The position numbers and the translations under genes are program-made. The notes beneath the pieces were generated by a model that was not told the origin of the DNA, searched no databases, and saw only the letters and a program-made list of their open reading frames with translations. From positions 434,001 through 498,000 of IMG/VR virus record IMGVR_UViG_3300049793_000366: a DNA stretch of 64,000 nt; one strand, written 5' to 3'. Shown here piece by piece: positions 45,500-54,794 of the stretch; the first letter of the stretch is position 1; the number at the start of each line of letters is the position of its first letter.

Positions 45500-45589
45500 A
45501 ATGCCACACCAACTAATTAAACTACCACATCCGAAACCCTTACTGGATAAGACTTAGAATTATAATGCCACACTTAGAAATGTGGATAA
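45471..45589 (+). repeat. second cluster of the 16-bp repeat (4 copies) plus a perfect DnaA box
   Basis: Copies at 45471, 45494, 45515, 45558; TGTGGATAA at 45581-89. Confidence 0.85.
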
Positions 45590-45716
45590 GGTATGCCGCC
45601 CTTCTGATTATCGTAATGCTCCTTGATACGTTTCTCCCTTTCTGCCTCTAACTTTTCTTTCTCAAGCTTCTCAACTTTCTCAGTTAGTTCTTTTATCTTT
45701 AATTCTTCTGGTGTCA

Positions 45717-46184
45717 TTAGTATATACTGTATGATGGGTTATATGATTTGACGAATGGCTTACCATTGAATGTATGCGTACAACACTTACAGTTCGGATG
45801 TAAGTCTTCATTCTTGAACTCTGGGTTAACCAATTGAAGTATGTTATTACTATCAACGAATAGACCACTGTAATAGCTACTCTCACCACAACATACATAA
45901 TCACGCTTCTTGCTATCATCTTCTGCTACCAGATGGTAGATTGGTTCAGACTTATCTAAACGACTGATGGCTTCGCTATACACTTCATCCCAGTCTTTAC
46001 CTACCTTTGATAGTAAGAAGCGATACAACGGTGTATAATCAAGCCCACGCTCAACGCCTTTCTTAAGTGAATGACTCATACCCTTCTTAGTGGATCTGTC
46101 GTTCTTAGCATCACCACCGAAGTTATGATGTACACCACGGGCTTTAGTGTTCTGCTTTCTATATAGAGGTTCTTTCTGTTTCAT
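45717..46184 (-). CDS. hypothetical protein
   Basis: GLDYTPLYRFLLSKVGKDWDEVYSEA; C-terminal CxCC..H. Confidence 0.75.
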   Translation of the reverse strand: MKQKEPLYRKQNTKARGVHHNFGGDAKNDRSTKKGMSHSLKKGVERGLDYTPLYRFLLSKVGKDWDEVYSEAISRLDKSEPIYHLVAEDDSKKRDYVCCGESSYYSGLFVDSNNILQLVNPEFKNEDLHPNCKCCTHTFNGKPFVKSYNPSYSIY

Positions 46185-46362
46185 TCAATTCTGTTTTTAG
46201 CTTAGACCAAAATTTATAGTGTTCTGATTGGAAATATTCATCACCCTTTCTGATAGCATTCTCTTTAACTTCGATGTCACACCAATTCATAGCAAGACCA
46301 ATATCATTACTGAAGTCTTCGATTATCTCTTTGAGTGATGGTTTATATTCTTGTATTAGCAT
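46159..46362 (-). CDS. hypothetical protein
   Basis: Overlapping co-oriented ORF. Confidence 0.6.
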   Translation of the reverse strand: MLIQEYKPSLKEIIEDFSNDIGLAMNWCDIEVKENAIRKGDEYFQSEHYKFWSKLKTELNETERTSI

Positions 46363-46406
46363 ATTGGTTCATCATGTGGGTTATCCGCATACGGATCATC
46401 TTTTGT

Positions 46407-46613
46407 TTAGTAATCATCGTCAGAGTCTTCGTCTTCTTCTCTATCATCATCACCCAGTAACGAATCAACTACGTCACCAACGATACCACCCGCACCCCTT
46501 GATACTTCTGTCTCAAATGCGTCTTCGATGAATGAATCATCATGGTCTTTATCAATCGCATCATGTACTTTAGATGCTGTGAATAATCCTGCTAATGCTC
46601 CAAATAATCCCAT
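46407..46613 (-). CDS. small acidic protein
   Basis: MGLFGALAGLF..., Asp/Glu-rich tail; promoter upstream. Confidence 0.7.
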   Translation of the reverse strand: MGLFGALAGLFTASKVHDAIDKDHDDSFIEDAFETEVSRGAGGIVGDVVDSLLGDDDREEDEDSDDDY

Positions 46614-46629
46614 TGTGTTTAATTTTATT

Positions 46630-46661
46630 TAAATATACGTATAATAATCCGGATCACCAAA
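46630..46661 (-). promoter_or_regulatory. Bacteroidota-type promoter
   Basis: TTTG-gtgatCCGGATTATTATACG-TATATTTA. Confidence 0.75.
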
Positions 46662-46664
46662 CCA

Positions 46665-47342
46665 CTATTTCTTCTTGCTAATTGCTTTCTCGTGCTTGAT
46701 GGTTTGTTCTATCTCTCTTTTAATACCAGACATAAGAGAAGTTGAGTACTCAACGCATTCATATAAGTGAAACGTATTGTCACCCATTTCTTCAATCTTC
46801 TTGAAGTCAGCTAACATATCTAAGTCTTGTTGACTTACCTTACCGTTGAGGTGTTCAAGCATTCTACGTGTAAACGCACTGGAATACTCGTAGGTAAAGA
46901 TAAACCCTTCACTGGTAAAGCTATCAGCTTCTACCTTATAATCTCTTTGCTTGTATTTGGTTAACTCTTTCGATGGGTTATGAAGCTTACGGATATGGAA
47001 CTTACCATTTGCTTTATCATCTATAACAATGATGTGTTGTAGGTTGGGACCGTAGATGGTTTCATCATCGATAACCAACACGTCTAATTCGTCAGTAAGC
47101 TTTAACACCTTACACTTCAATGAATGCTTATCATCGTAGTTCTTGATGCTATTATCGCGGGAGTGCTTGAAGATATAATCAGCAAAGCTTTTAATCTTAT
47201 CGGCTTGTTGCTTAACCATTTCATTGATAACACCTACGAGGAAGTGATTATCTATACCAAAAGCTTTTCTATCATCATACTGTAATGAAATGATTTCTTT
47301 AGCTATGCGCTGTTCAGCTTTTTGACGTTGGTCGAAATTCAT
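46665..47342 (-). CDS. hypothetical protein
   Basis: Start moved to the ATG downstream of the promoter. Confidence 0.75.
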   Translation of the reverse strand: MNFDQRQKAEQRIAKEIISLQYDDRKAFGIDNHFLVGVINEMVKQQADKIKSFADYIFKHSRDNSIKNYDDKHSLKCKVLKLTDELDVLVIDDETIYGPNLQHIIVIDDKANGKFHIRKLHNPSKELTKYKQRDYKVEADSFTSEGFIFTYEYSSAFTRRMLEHLNGKVSQQDLDMLADFKKIEEMGDNTFHLYECVEYSTSLMSGIKREIEQTIKHEKAISKKK

Positions 47343-47363
47343 ACGATAAGGGTTTAATGTCCT

Positions 47364-47395
47364 CAAATATACGGATAATATTCCGTATTACCAAA
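47364..47395 (-). promoter_or_regulatory. Bacteroidota-type promoter with palindromic spacer
   Basis: TTTG-gtaatACGGAATATTATCCG-TATATTTG. Confidence 0.85.
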
Positions 47396-47780
47396 TACGT
47401 TTGTTTACCTCAATACTACCAGAGGTATAGAACCTTAATCTATATGGATTCTCCTTATCATTCCATTGATAAATGATACCTACGTTATCCATGTCACACT
47501 TACGGGCAAGCTTTGTAAGCCTACCGAAGATAGCATCCTCTATCCTATAACGAATCTCTCTACCATCAAGAGCATACTTCAATTCTTTGTGTCGCCATAG
47601 GTCTCGTCTGATACGGGTATCTTCATTGAAGTCTATCTCAGTAATGACGGTGATGTTATGTGGGTAGTTGGGTGGATATAGTTCACAGCGGGCTAATGTC
47701 AAGTCTGGTTGATTCTCCAGCTCGAAGCTGAATATATCTAAGATACTTAGCTCAGTCTTATTAGGATCACGCATCAACAT
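47388..47780 (-). CDS. hypothetical protein
   Basis: Co-oriented ORF. Confidence 0.75.
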   Translation of the reverse strand: MLMRDPNKTELSILDIFSFELENQPDLTLARCELYPPNYPHNITVITEIDFNEDTRIRRDLWRHKELKYALDGREIRYRIEDAIFGRLTKLARKCDMDNVGIIYQWNDKENPYRLRFYTSGSIEVNKRIW

Positions 47781-47781
47781 A

Positions 47782-48102
47782 CTAATCTTCTTTCTTTACC
47801 GATACAGTTCCTTCATTGTGTGAATGTACGGAGTATGTCTTATAACCTGAGTTTTTACCATAAAAGATTGTTATCCAACCAAACCAGCGATTGATGAACT
47901 TAACTACCTTACCAATACGGACATGGTTCATATAGTCTTTAGGTGTACAAAGAACCTCACCACAGTTAGGGCATGGCTTATTGACATAGTGTAACAGTTC
48001 TTCATCTGGGTTAGCTCCTTTGGTATGTGTGACAATATAGCCACAACCTGGCTTATCGCAGGTCACATCGGTTTGGGTACCAGCATCAATTAATTGTCTC
48101 AT
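47782..48102 (-). CDS. Zn-ribbon-like protein
   Basis: CDKPGCG...CPNCG; start moved. Confidence 0.75.
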   Translation of the reverse strand: MRQLIDAGTQTDVTCDKPGCGYIVTHTKGANPDEELLHYVNKPCPNCGEVLCTPKDYMNHVRIGKVVKFINRWFGWITIFYGKNSGYKTYSVHSHNEGTVSVKKED

Positions 48103-48107
48103 GTGTA

Positions 48108-48227
48108 TTAGATTAATCCTAAGGTTTTCATTGATAGTAATATAGCTATTGCGGCTGTAACGCCTGTAACAATACAACCTAATAGGAACCCTCTTAGGAA
48201 TGCTTCTCGTTTAAGTTTTTGAATCAT
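48108..48227 (-). CDS. 39-aa membrane peptide
   Basis: MIQKLKREAFLRGFLLGCIVTGV...; promoter upstream. Confidence 0.65.
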   Translation of the reverse strand: MIQKLKREAFLRGFLLGCIVTGVTAAIAILLSMKTLGLI

Positions 48228-48232
48228 AGAAA

Positions 48233-48264
48233 CAAATATACGGATAATAATCCGGAATATCAAA
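48233..48264 (-). promoter_or_regulatory. Bacteroidota-type promoter with palindromic spacer
   Basis: TTTG-atattCCGGATTATTATCCG-TATATTTG. Confidence 0.85.
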
Positions 48265-48281
48265 TTATAATATATACAACT

Positions 48282-48698
48282 ATGAAACATCTTAGAAGAT
48301 TTAACGAATCAGTAGAATTAGATTATGCTCCAATCTTTACGGAGTTACTTGAAGAAGATTTAGGTGCTGTGGCTATCTTTGATTTAGTAGAGGATTGGGA
48401 AAATGGTGGTGCTGAGTTTTGGTATTTTACAAATGATGAGATGGATGGTGTAAAGGTATCTGATGTAAATGATAAGATAAGTATGACCAAGGATCTATTG
48501 ACTGCTAGTATTCTTGACGCATTAAAGGATGGTACAATAATGGATAACCCATCTAAGGTAATATGTATTGTTTATAACCCTGAGCCAGTAGTACAAGAGC
48601 TAATCGATAAAATAAAACGTAAGTGTGGTAAGGTAAGTACTACAGTAAGAACTGGTACATGGGGTATTTATAGTGAAGAAACAATCCTAATATTCTAA
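48282..48698 (+). CDS. hypothetical protein, N-motif
   Basis: MKHLRRFNE; AATATATA at 48269. Confidence 0.8.
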   Translation: MKHLRRFNESVELDYAPIFTELLEEDLGAVAIFDLVEDWENGGAEFWYFTNDEMDGVKVSDVNDKISMTKDLLTASILDALKDGTIMDNPSKVICIVYNPEPVVQELIDKIKRKCGKVSTTVRTGTWGIYSEETILIF

Positions 48699-48913
48699 TC
48701 TGTCTTAAGACTTCTCACGTATTCATTGTGAACCTTTACTATATGTTCAGCATAGACTTTAGGTATACATCCGGAAGATGCTATATACATTTCGTGACCA
48801 CCATCGCTTCTTATCTCAACCACTGGTTCTATAATAGCACACCAGCATCCCTCATCATTACATGAGGTTGTTTTCCATTCAGTTGTAAGTATCTTATTAT
48901 CTAATTCGTCCAT
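48695..48913 (-). CDS. hypothetical protein
   Basis: SCNDEGCWC motif. Confidence 0.7.
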   Translation of the reverse strand: MDELDNKILTTEWKTTSCNDEGCWCAIIEPVVEIRSDGGHEMYIASSGCIPKVYAEHIVKVHNEYVRSLKTD

Positions 48914-48970
48914 ATTTAATTGTATAGTAAAATGTAATATTGTTCTAAAATATTCTTATATTTACACTGA

Positions 48971-49357
48971 ATGAATATTGATATAGACAAAGAGAAATTT
49001 AAAGAGTACGTCAATACCAAACGTGTAGATGATATTCGTATATGTCATATACATTCTATTGCTTTAAACCAAATGAGATATCATAAAGGTCAGCTACCCA
49101 AAGATTCTATGTATGCTGATATACTCGATACGGTTGGATATGTCGATTTAATTATGGTTAAGCCTATATGGGATGGGTGGAAGTTTATAGATGGTAGAAT
49201 GGGTGGTACAATCACTCAGTTTACCAATACATGGGCATATCGCGTGAACAGAAGCAATAATAGGTTCAACCTTGACAATTATAAGAAATGGTTGATTGAA
49301 GAGCGCGATTCGAAGATACAGACACTACTCAGTGTTAAGGAATGTAAGATTAAGTAG
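48971..49357 (+). CDS. hypothetical protein, C-tag
   Basis: Ends ERDSKIQTLL. Confidence 0.75.
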   Translation: MNIDIDKEKFKEYVNTKRVDDIRICHIHSIALNQMRYHKGQLPKDSMYADILDTVGYVDLIMVKPIWDGWKFIDGRMGGTITQFTNTWAYRVNRSNNRFNLDNYKKWLIEERDSKIQTLLSVKECKIK

Positions 49358-49516
49358 CCTATCCTTTTGAGGGTCTGGTAATAGTTGTCTCAGGTTAAAT
49401 GTCCTGAGACACTTCTTAGTCTTTTGATGTCTATCTAATTTCATAATCATATTATTACCACTGAGGTACTTACCGCACTTTATACAAATGGTTGATTCTT
49501 TCATCGTCATGGACAT
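49325..49516 (-). CDS. possible small CxxC protein with tag variant
   Basis: ICIKCGKY...CLRTFNLRQLL; start uncertain. Confidence 0.45.
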   Translation of the reverse strand: MSMTMKESTICIKCGKYLSGNNMIMKLDRHQKTKKCLRTFNLRQLLPDPQKDRLLNLTFLNTE

Positions 49517-49573
49517 GATGTAAAGATATGGACATTTATTTAAACTACCAATAATATTATTTCTATAATTCAT

Positions 49574-50095
49574 ATGAGTAATTTGATATTCAAACAGAGC
49601 AGGGATATAAAAGATTTCAGACCATTGATAGATTCGTTGATACCTGACTTCGATTATGTATTCCTTCATACGATATTACAGTGGTGTAATCTTGCGAGTG
49701 ACCCTTATGATAAGTCTCAACACTGGGAAGTATACCTCTTCTACACTAAAGAGAATCCTGATGAGGTGATTGGGATATGTGGTTTATATTCCTTAGCACC
49801 ACACAGCACGAAGGAACTTTGGTTGGGATGGTTTGGTATTATACCAGAGCTACGTAATAAAGGATATGGTAGGGAAGTGATGGAGTTATTATACAGCGAG
49901 GCTAAGAAGGTTGGGTGTGAGCAGTTGATGTCATACGTTGATAAGGAAGGTAAGCCCTTAACATTTTATAAGCGAGAAGGGTTTGAGGTGATTGGTACAG
50001 TCGAAGAGTTTTTAAGGGATAGTAATATGCGTCAGATAGACGGTGATGCTTTCGAGAGTCCGGAAGACTTCGTTATAAGAAAGTATTTAAGATGA
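49574..50095 (+). CDS. GNAT acetyltransferase
   Basis: WLGWFGIIPELRNKGYG...FYKREGF. Confidence 0.85.
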   Translation: MSNLIFKQSRDIKDFRPLIDSLIPDFDYVFLHTILQWCNLASDPYDKSQHWEVYLFYTKENPDEVIGICGLYSLAPHSTKELWLGWFGIIPELRNKGYGREVMELLYSEAKKVGCEQLMSYVDKEGKPLTFYKREGFEVIGTVEEFLRDSNMRQIDGDAFESPEDFVIRKYLR

Positions 50096-50277
50096 GGTTT
50101 AAACGTAAATATTGGTGTCGTATGTTTCATATGGCTTATTCTTTAGATAAAGAAAGTCAACGTGAATATCAATTGGATGCTATACTAAATGATAAAGAAT
50201 CATACATCGATGGTAAGTATTGTCCTACGTGTGGACACTGTTGGGAATACTTACCAGCACAATTATACCCCAAATAA
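50092..50277 (+). CDS. small Zn-ribbon protein, internal C-tag
   Basis: WC..FH...QREYQLDAIL...YCPTCG. Confidence 0.7.
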   Translation: MRFKRKYWCRMFHMAYSLDKESQREYQLDAILNDKESYIDGKYCPTCGHCWEYLPAQLYPK

Positions 50278-50279
50278 CT

Positions 50280-50702
50280 ATGGAATCATATATTAAAACA
50301 AAGATTGAGGATTTTATCACTATACTATTGGAATCAAAGCTAGACATGGTGATGTTTGATATCTATATGACTGAGCGGTACAAGACCAAGAAGCATTGGT
50401 ATACGTTTAAGATTGATACGAAAGTACCAGTGAAGCCTAATTCAATATATGGTTTAAGCTTTTCATTCAGTACACAGATGGTTACATTTTCGGTATGCGT
50501 GGATGATGGTAGTATCATATTGGAGAAGGATGACTATTTAACGTTTAAAGATACTGATATCGAATTTGCTAAGAAGTGTGCAATTCTAATTGAAGAGAAG
50601 CATAAGATAAAGCAAGTGACAATATTGGATAGTATAGTAGATACAACGAACACTGAGCTTAAGTTGAACCGTGAGAGTAATATAAGTAAATTAAAGATAT
50701 AG
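50280..50702 (+). CDS. hypothetical protein, C-tag
   Basis: Ends NRESNISKLKI. Confidence 0.75.
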   Translation: MESYIKTKIEDFITILLESKLDMVMFDIYMTERYKTKKHWYTFKIDTKVPVKPNSIYGLSFSFSTQMVTFSVCVDDGSIILEKDDYLTFKDTDIEFAKKCAILIEEKHKIKQVTILDSIVDTTNTELKLNRESNISKLKI

Positions 50703-50995
50703 TGGTTATTACGACTAAAGTATATTGTATAAGGGATTGGTATTATAATAATGCTGAGAAGCCTGTGTTTATTAATAGCCACACATATGGTGCTATTAAG
50801 GGTAGCAATACCTATATAGTAGTATCTGATGATATTGGTTCGATGGCATCTAATGTACCAATTACTTTTCATGTAAATGATGATATTGATTGGAATGATA
50901 ATAGAACATTCGGTAAATATTTTATAACCGAGGTAGAATATAAAGAGAGTAATAGAGATACTAAAATTAATGAAATAATTGACGATGTATTTTAA
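50702..50995 (+). CDS. CxC-family small protein, C-tag
   Basis: KVYCIRD...FGKYF...NRDTKINEII. Confidence 0.8.
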   Translation: MVITTKVYCIRDWYYNNAEKPVFINSHTYGAIKGSNTYIVVSDDIGSMASNVPITFHVNDDIDWNDNRTFGKYFITEVEYKESNRDTKINEIIDDVF

Positions 50996-51269
50996 TCCTG
51001 CATTGAAAGTAATAGCGGTTCAACCATCTAAGTTCAGTGGTCCCGATGGTGATTACCTTGCTCCTGATATAACAGTTGGTAATGCATATGAAGTTGTCTC
51101 TACGGATAAGTTTGTATTTGAAGACAATCGGTTTAGTGAATTAGTAGGTTCTGTACCAGAAGAATATCTATTAGTGGATGATTCGGGTAGAACATCATGG
51201 CACAATGCTAAATACTTTAAGACAATCTCTGAGTACAGAGACGATATAATAAATAAAATACTGATATGA
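50979..51269 (+). CDS. small protein, C-tag
   Basis: VGNAYEV...KYF...YRDDIINKIL. Confidence 0.8.
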   Translation: MTMYFNPALKVIAVQPSKFSGPDGDYLAPDITVGNAYEVVSTDKFVFEDNRFSELVGSVPEEYLLVDDSGRTSWHNAKYFKTISEYRDDIINKILI

Positions 51270-51682
51270 GTAAAGAAGAAAACAAACAAGCATTTTTAGA
51301 TTTCTGTGATAAGCATGAGATATTCGATGCTATTGGTACTCTATGTATCGTTGGCTGTGGTAACCCAGAGATAGTTAAGCTGGTAGGGATTGCACAGGAT
51401 CACTGTGATTACTATTATGTTCTATTGTATCAAGAGAGAGGATTGATATATGATACGTGTGTTGATAGGTGTCAATCACTTAAGGGTAAGATAAAGGATT
51501 ATGATTATCATCTTATGAGATATGATACGGTTACTGAGATGTATTGTAAGAACAGTGATAATACTGTATGTTATGACTTATCCGAATTTAAAGAGCGAGG
51601 GATGAGAGGGAGTATGGGTGTCTATTTAAGTAGAGATGAGATGGTAAATGAGTATAGAGAAATTGATTATAAACTAAGATAA
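51266..51682 (+). CDS. hypothetical protein
   Basis: ATGA coupling. Confidence 0.75.
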   Translation: MSKEENKQAFLDFCDKHEIFDAIGTLCIVGCGNPEIVKLVGIAQDHCDYYYVLLYQERGLIYDTCVDRCQSLKGKIKDYDYHLMRYDTVTEMYCKNSDNTVCYDLSEFKERGMRGSMGVYLSRDEMVNEYREIDYKLR

Positions 51683-51688
51683 TATAAT

Positions 51689-52042
51689 ATGATACCAAAC
51701 GGAGTACCAGTCAGATGTGCTGATTGTTTTGAATACAAGATAGATTGTATGTGTGATGAAAAAATGATAACAAATTTTATAGAGTTAAACGAAATAAGCA
51801 AGAATATGTTAACAGCAAGAGAAGCCAGAGAAATGTCTGACAAAGCAAACAAATCACTTATAGATACTCAGTATGCTGAGGTGAAACGTATAGTAGAAGC
51901 TACCTCTAAGAGAGGTGAGTATCATACTTACATAGAATTATCACTAAGGGCTGATGTGAAGAAGTTATTAATAGAAGAAGGATTTACTATTGGTGAAAGG
52001 GAATCTCACCGTAATGAATCTCATGTGAAGATATCTTGGTAA
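51689..52042 (+). CDS. hypothetical protein
   Basis: Co-oriented; true start may be MLTAREA. Confidence 0.7.
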   Translation: MIPNGVPVRCADCFEYKIDCMCDEKMITNFIELNEISKNMLTAREAREMSDKANKSLIDTQYAEVKRIVEATSKRGEYHTYIELSLRADVKKLLIEEGFTIGERESHRNESHVKISW

Positions 52043-52384
52043 ATGCCAGTCTATTATGAACCACAAACAATAGAGACACTAAAGGATTTGGAATCCGTGT
52101 TTAAGTGTGAGATAGAGAATAACCATGAGTATAACTATACTGGTATACTCGAACTATCATATAACTTCGAACCTGACCAAACGTTAGTTGTATTCCAAGT
52201 GGAGTGTGAGATGTTAGATATTCCACCATTGAATAAGATACTCAATCGTTTCATAAAGAAGTACAGCATAGCAAAGTGTGAGACAAATACTGATTATCTA
52301 TTTAGTGATAATTGGGAGAATAGTAATATAAAGGTGTCTTGTTTATTTACATTAGATAATAATTGGAAGTCAAATGGCAATTGA
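52043..52384 (+). CDS. hypothetical protein
   Basis: Abuts the upstream stop. Confidence 0.75.
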   Translation: MPVYYEPQTIETLKDLESVFKCEIENNHEYNYTGILELSYNFEPDQTLVVFQVECEMLDIPPLNKILNRFIKKYSIAKCETNTDYLFSDNWENSNIKVSCLFTLDNNWKSNGN

Positions 52385-52574
52385 ACCATTAAATTTAGAT
52401 AATATGAGTAGATTAACCGAGAGGAATTGTGCTGATTGTAATTGTATTATAGATATAATTGTCGATGAATACTATCACAAGAAGCGTAAATTCTTATGGT
52501 TTGACTTACCTACTAAATTCTTATGTGAGGTATGTTACCGTAATTCTAAGATTGAGTCAGTACTCGAATCATAA
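52374..52574 (+). CDS. CxxC...CxxC small protein, C-tag
   Basis: CADCN...FLWF...LCEVCYRNSKIESVL; paralog of 36144..36401. Confidence 0.75.
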   Translation: MAIEPLNLDNMSRLTERNCADCNCIIDIIVDEYYHKKRKFLWFDLPTKFLCEVCYRNSKIESVLES

Positions 52575-52919
52575 GTCCAGCTTGGATATCTTCATATCCC
52601 TTATAGTCTTGGTATGCTCCATCATAATATCATTAGCATAGCTGACAAACATCATATCTATATTACTGATATATGGTGTGTTCGTGAACTCATCTAGTAT
52701 TACTTTACAGATACATAGTTGATTATCTGTTAATATGAAGCCTTCTTTAGATACCGTGTCTTTGAAGTGATTATCTTTTACATCAATCTTATCCAATAAG
52801 TCTTTACTAATTGACTCAAGTACAATCAGTACCTTATCAGGAAGGGGATTGCTATCATTAGCAAGTTGTCTTAGGTAGACACAACCAATGATTGAATCAT
52901 ATATTTCACTATTATCCAT
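52569..52919 (-). CDS. hypothetical protein, C-tag
   Basis: Ends IRDMKISKLDL. Confidence 0.75.
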   Translation of the reverse strand: MDNSEIYDSIIGCVYLRQLANDSNPLPDKVLIVLESISKDLLDKIDVKDNHFKDTVSKEGFILTDNQLCICKVILDEFTNTPYISNIDMMFVSYANDIMMEHTKTIRDMKISKLDL

Positions 52920-52978
52920 GTTAATTGTATATAAAATAGCGTCATTGTTTTCAAAAATTATCCGTATATTTACACTAT

Positions 52979-53221
52979 ATGATAATTGGTAAGCTTGACG
53001 TATATAATAAGCCCGTAACTATTGGTAGTATAATCGATATACATCAAACGGTTAACGGTTGTACGCTATTCATTGTATTTGCTGAGGATGATATCAGATA
53101 TCACTATGATAAGAACAGACACTATGAATATGATATAGAAGATTTGTTTGATACCCAATTCGAAATAGTTGGTGACTATCGAGACATCTTGGATAATAAG
53201 ATAAACAGTATAATCGAGTAG
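52979..53221 (+). CDS. small protein (YopX-like ending), C-tag variant
   Basis: FEIVGDYRDILDNKINSII; ATCCGTATATTTA upstream. Confidence 0.7.
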   Translation: MIIGKLDVYNKPVTIGSIIDIHQTVNGCTLFIVFAEDDIRYHYDKNRHYEYDIEDLFDTQFEIVGDYRDILDNKINSIIE

Positions 53222-53222
53222 T

Positions 53223-53561
53223 ATGGAATACGATATGTTTAAAAGGATATTATTATCTTATGGTGCTATTTACTTCCCATATACTCTCATTGATTTAAGG
53301 AAGAGTAACCGGGTTGAGCGCATTGACCGTGTGTTGGGTATTGATAGCAAACCGAGTCTATATGAGATATATCTCGTATTGTTAGAAGAGCATTTCAAAA
53401 AATACTGTGAAGAATTTAAGGTTGATATTAGTGTTAAAGATCCGGTATATGAAACTCCAATTAAGATTGAGAGTTATTCCCATGCGATGAAAACTGAGTT
53501 ATTGTTATCATATGCTGGTTGGTTACAGAAAGCAAAGGCACATGAACGCTCAATGTTTTGA
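53223..53561 (+). CDS. hypothetical protein, internal tag variant
   Basis: NRVERIDRVL. Confidence 0.7.
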   Translation: MEYDMFKRILLSYGAIYFPYTLIDLRKSNRVERIDRVLGIDSKPSLYEIYLVLLEEHFKKYCEEFKVDISVKDPVYETPIKIESYSHAMKTELLLSYAGWLQKAKAHERSMF

Positions 53562-54002
53562 TTATATGTCCATATTAGTAAAGTCAATCTCATAGATAAC
53601 AATCTCACATGAAGTAATCTTGTAGAATCTACTTCTTTCATTATCATATAGTCTTTTAAGTTCAGTAAGCTTTATTCTATCCTTGCTGATTGGTTTATGT
53701 CTATCATTTATATTAAGGTAACTGAATTGAAATCCCAACCCCATTGCTGATAACTTTTTTGATAGTATATCAAGGCTCTTGAAGAAGTCACCGTTCAACG
53801 GTATGTCACTTAAAGCCTCATAACCAAATCTGGATATCGGATGTGTCTCATCATCAAGCACAGTTCTACTATGTTGAAAGTCATAGACATCCATCAATGC
53901 CTGCATAACATTATCAACCTCTGAGCGAGATTTATCTATCTCAACACTAAGGTGTTTGTTTATAATAGTGATATATCCTTCGAATGTCTTAAGGTGTTTC
54001 AT
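53562..54002 (-). CDS. hypothetical protein, N-motif
   Basis: Starts MKHLKTFEGY. Confidence 0.8.
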   Translation of the reverse strand: MKHLKTFEGYITIINKHLSVEIDKSRSEVDNVMQALMDVYDFQHSRTVLDDETHPISRFGYEALSDIPLNGDFFKSLDILSKKLSAMGLGFQFSYLNINDRHKPISKDRIKLTELKRLYDNERSRFYKITSCEIVIYEIDFTNMDI

Positions 54003-54384
54003 GTTCCCAGATTGTCATTTTGATTTGAGTATTACCCTGTTCAATTTTCAAATAGGAAGACTTATATCCTTCGGCTTCCAGTTTAAGTATTATCCTCTGA
54101 CACTTCTTAATGATGTTATAATAATCATCAAGCCTTTCATTTAGCTCACTGAATAATCCTTTATCTGATGATACACCTACCGCGTTCGGTGACCTATAAG
54201 TACCAACGTGTGTTTTTAATTGTAGATACACTTCCAATAGTTCAGCACCAGATACATCATCATCGTAGTAGATAATCTCTACGTCATGGTTGTCAGTTAT
54301 ATCAGTCATAAGATATTTAACCTTATCTGCTAACTTTTTCATACCAGGTGACATTGCTTCGTTGAATCTATATAGGTGTTTCAT
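53989..54384 (-). CDS. hypothetical protein, N-motif
   Basis: Starts MKHLYRFNE. Confidence 0.8.
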   Translation of the reverse strand: MKHLYRFNEAMSPGMKKLADKVKYLMTDITDNHDVEIIYYDDDVSGAELLEVYLQLKTHVGTYRSPNAVGVSSDKGLFSELNERLDDYYNIIKKCQRIILKLEAEGYKSSYLKIEQGNTQIKMTIWEHETP

Positions 54385-54793
54385 TGTTCTCATATTGTTT
54401 TAGTAGGTCAATTATCTTATCAGCTAATTCTCTACCCATATCATCCGCATTAACTTCAGTCCACATAATAGCATATTTTATATCTACATTAGCTCCGTTT
54501 TCCAATAGGAATTTCGTTATATCATAATGCCCTAGTTCAGCCGCATATCTTAGTGTCATACCACTATCAGCATTTATATCTGCTACATTCTTATTAACTA
54601 TCTTCTTAACCAACTCAAAATCACCAAATTTAGCAGCTAATCTCAATGCTCTTGACGCGATATCACGGTATGAAGCATCTCTATTTCTCTTGATGAATAA
54701 GCTAAGACGTTCAATGACATCAGCATTGTTAATACCCAAATCAGATATAAAGGTAAATGTGTCATTCTCCTTAAGATATTTAAGATATTTCAT
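54368..54793 (-). CDS. ankyrin-repeat protein, N-motif
   Basis: MKYLKYLKE; ALRLAAKFGDFELVKKIV; TLRYAAELGHYDITKFLLENGANV. Confidence 0.85.
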   Translation of the reverse strand: MKYLKYLKENDTFTFISDLGINNADVIERLSLFIKRNRDASYRDIASRALRLAAKFGDFELVKKIVNKNVADINADSGMTLRYAAELGHYDITKFLLENGANVDIKYAIMWTEVNADDMGRELADKIIDLLKQYENNETPI

Positions 54794-54794
54794 A

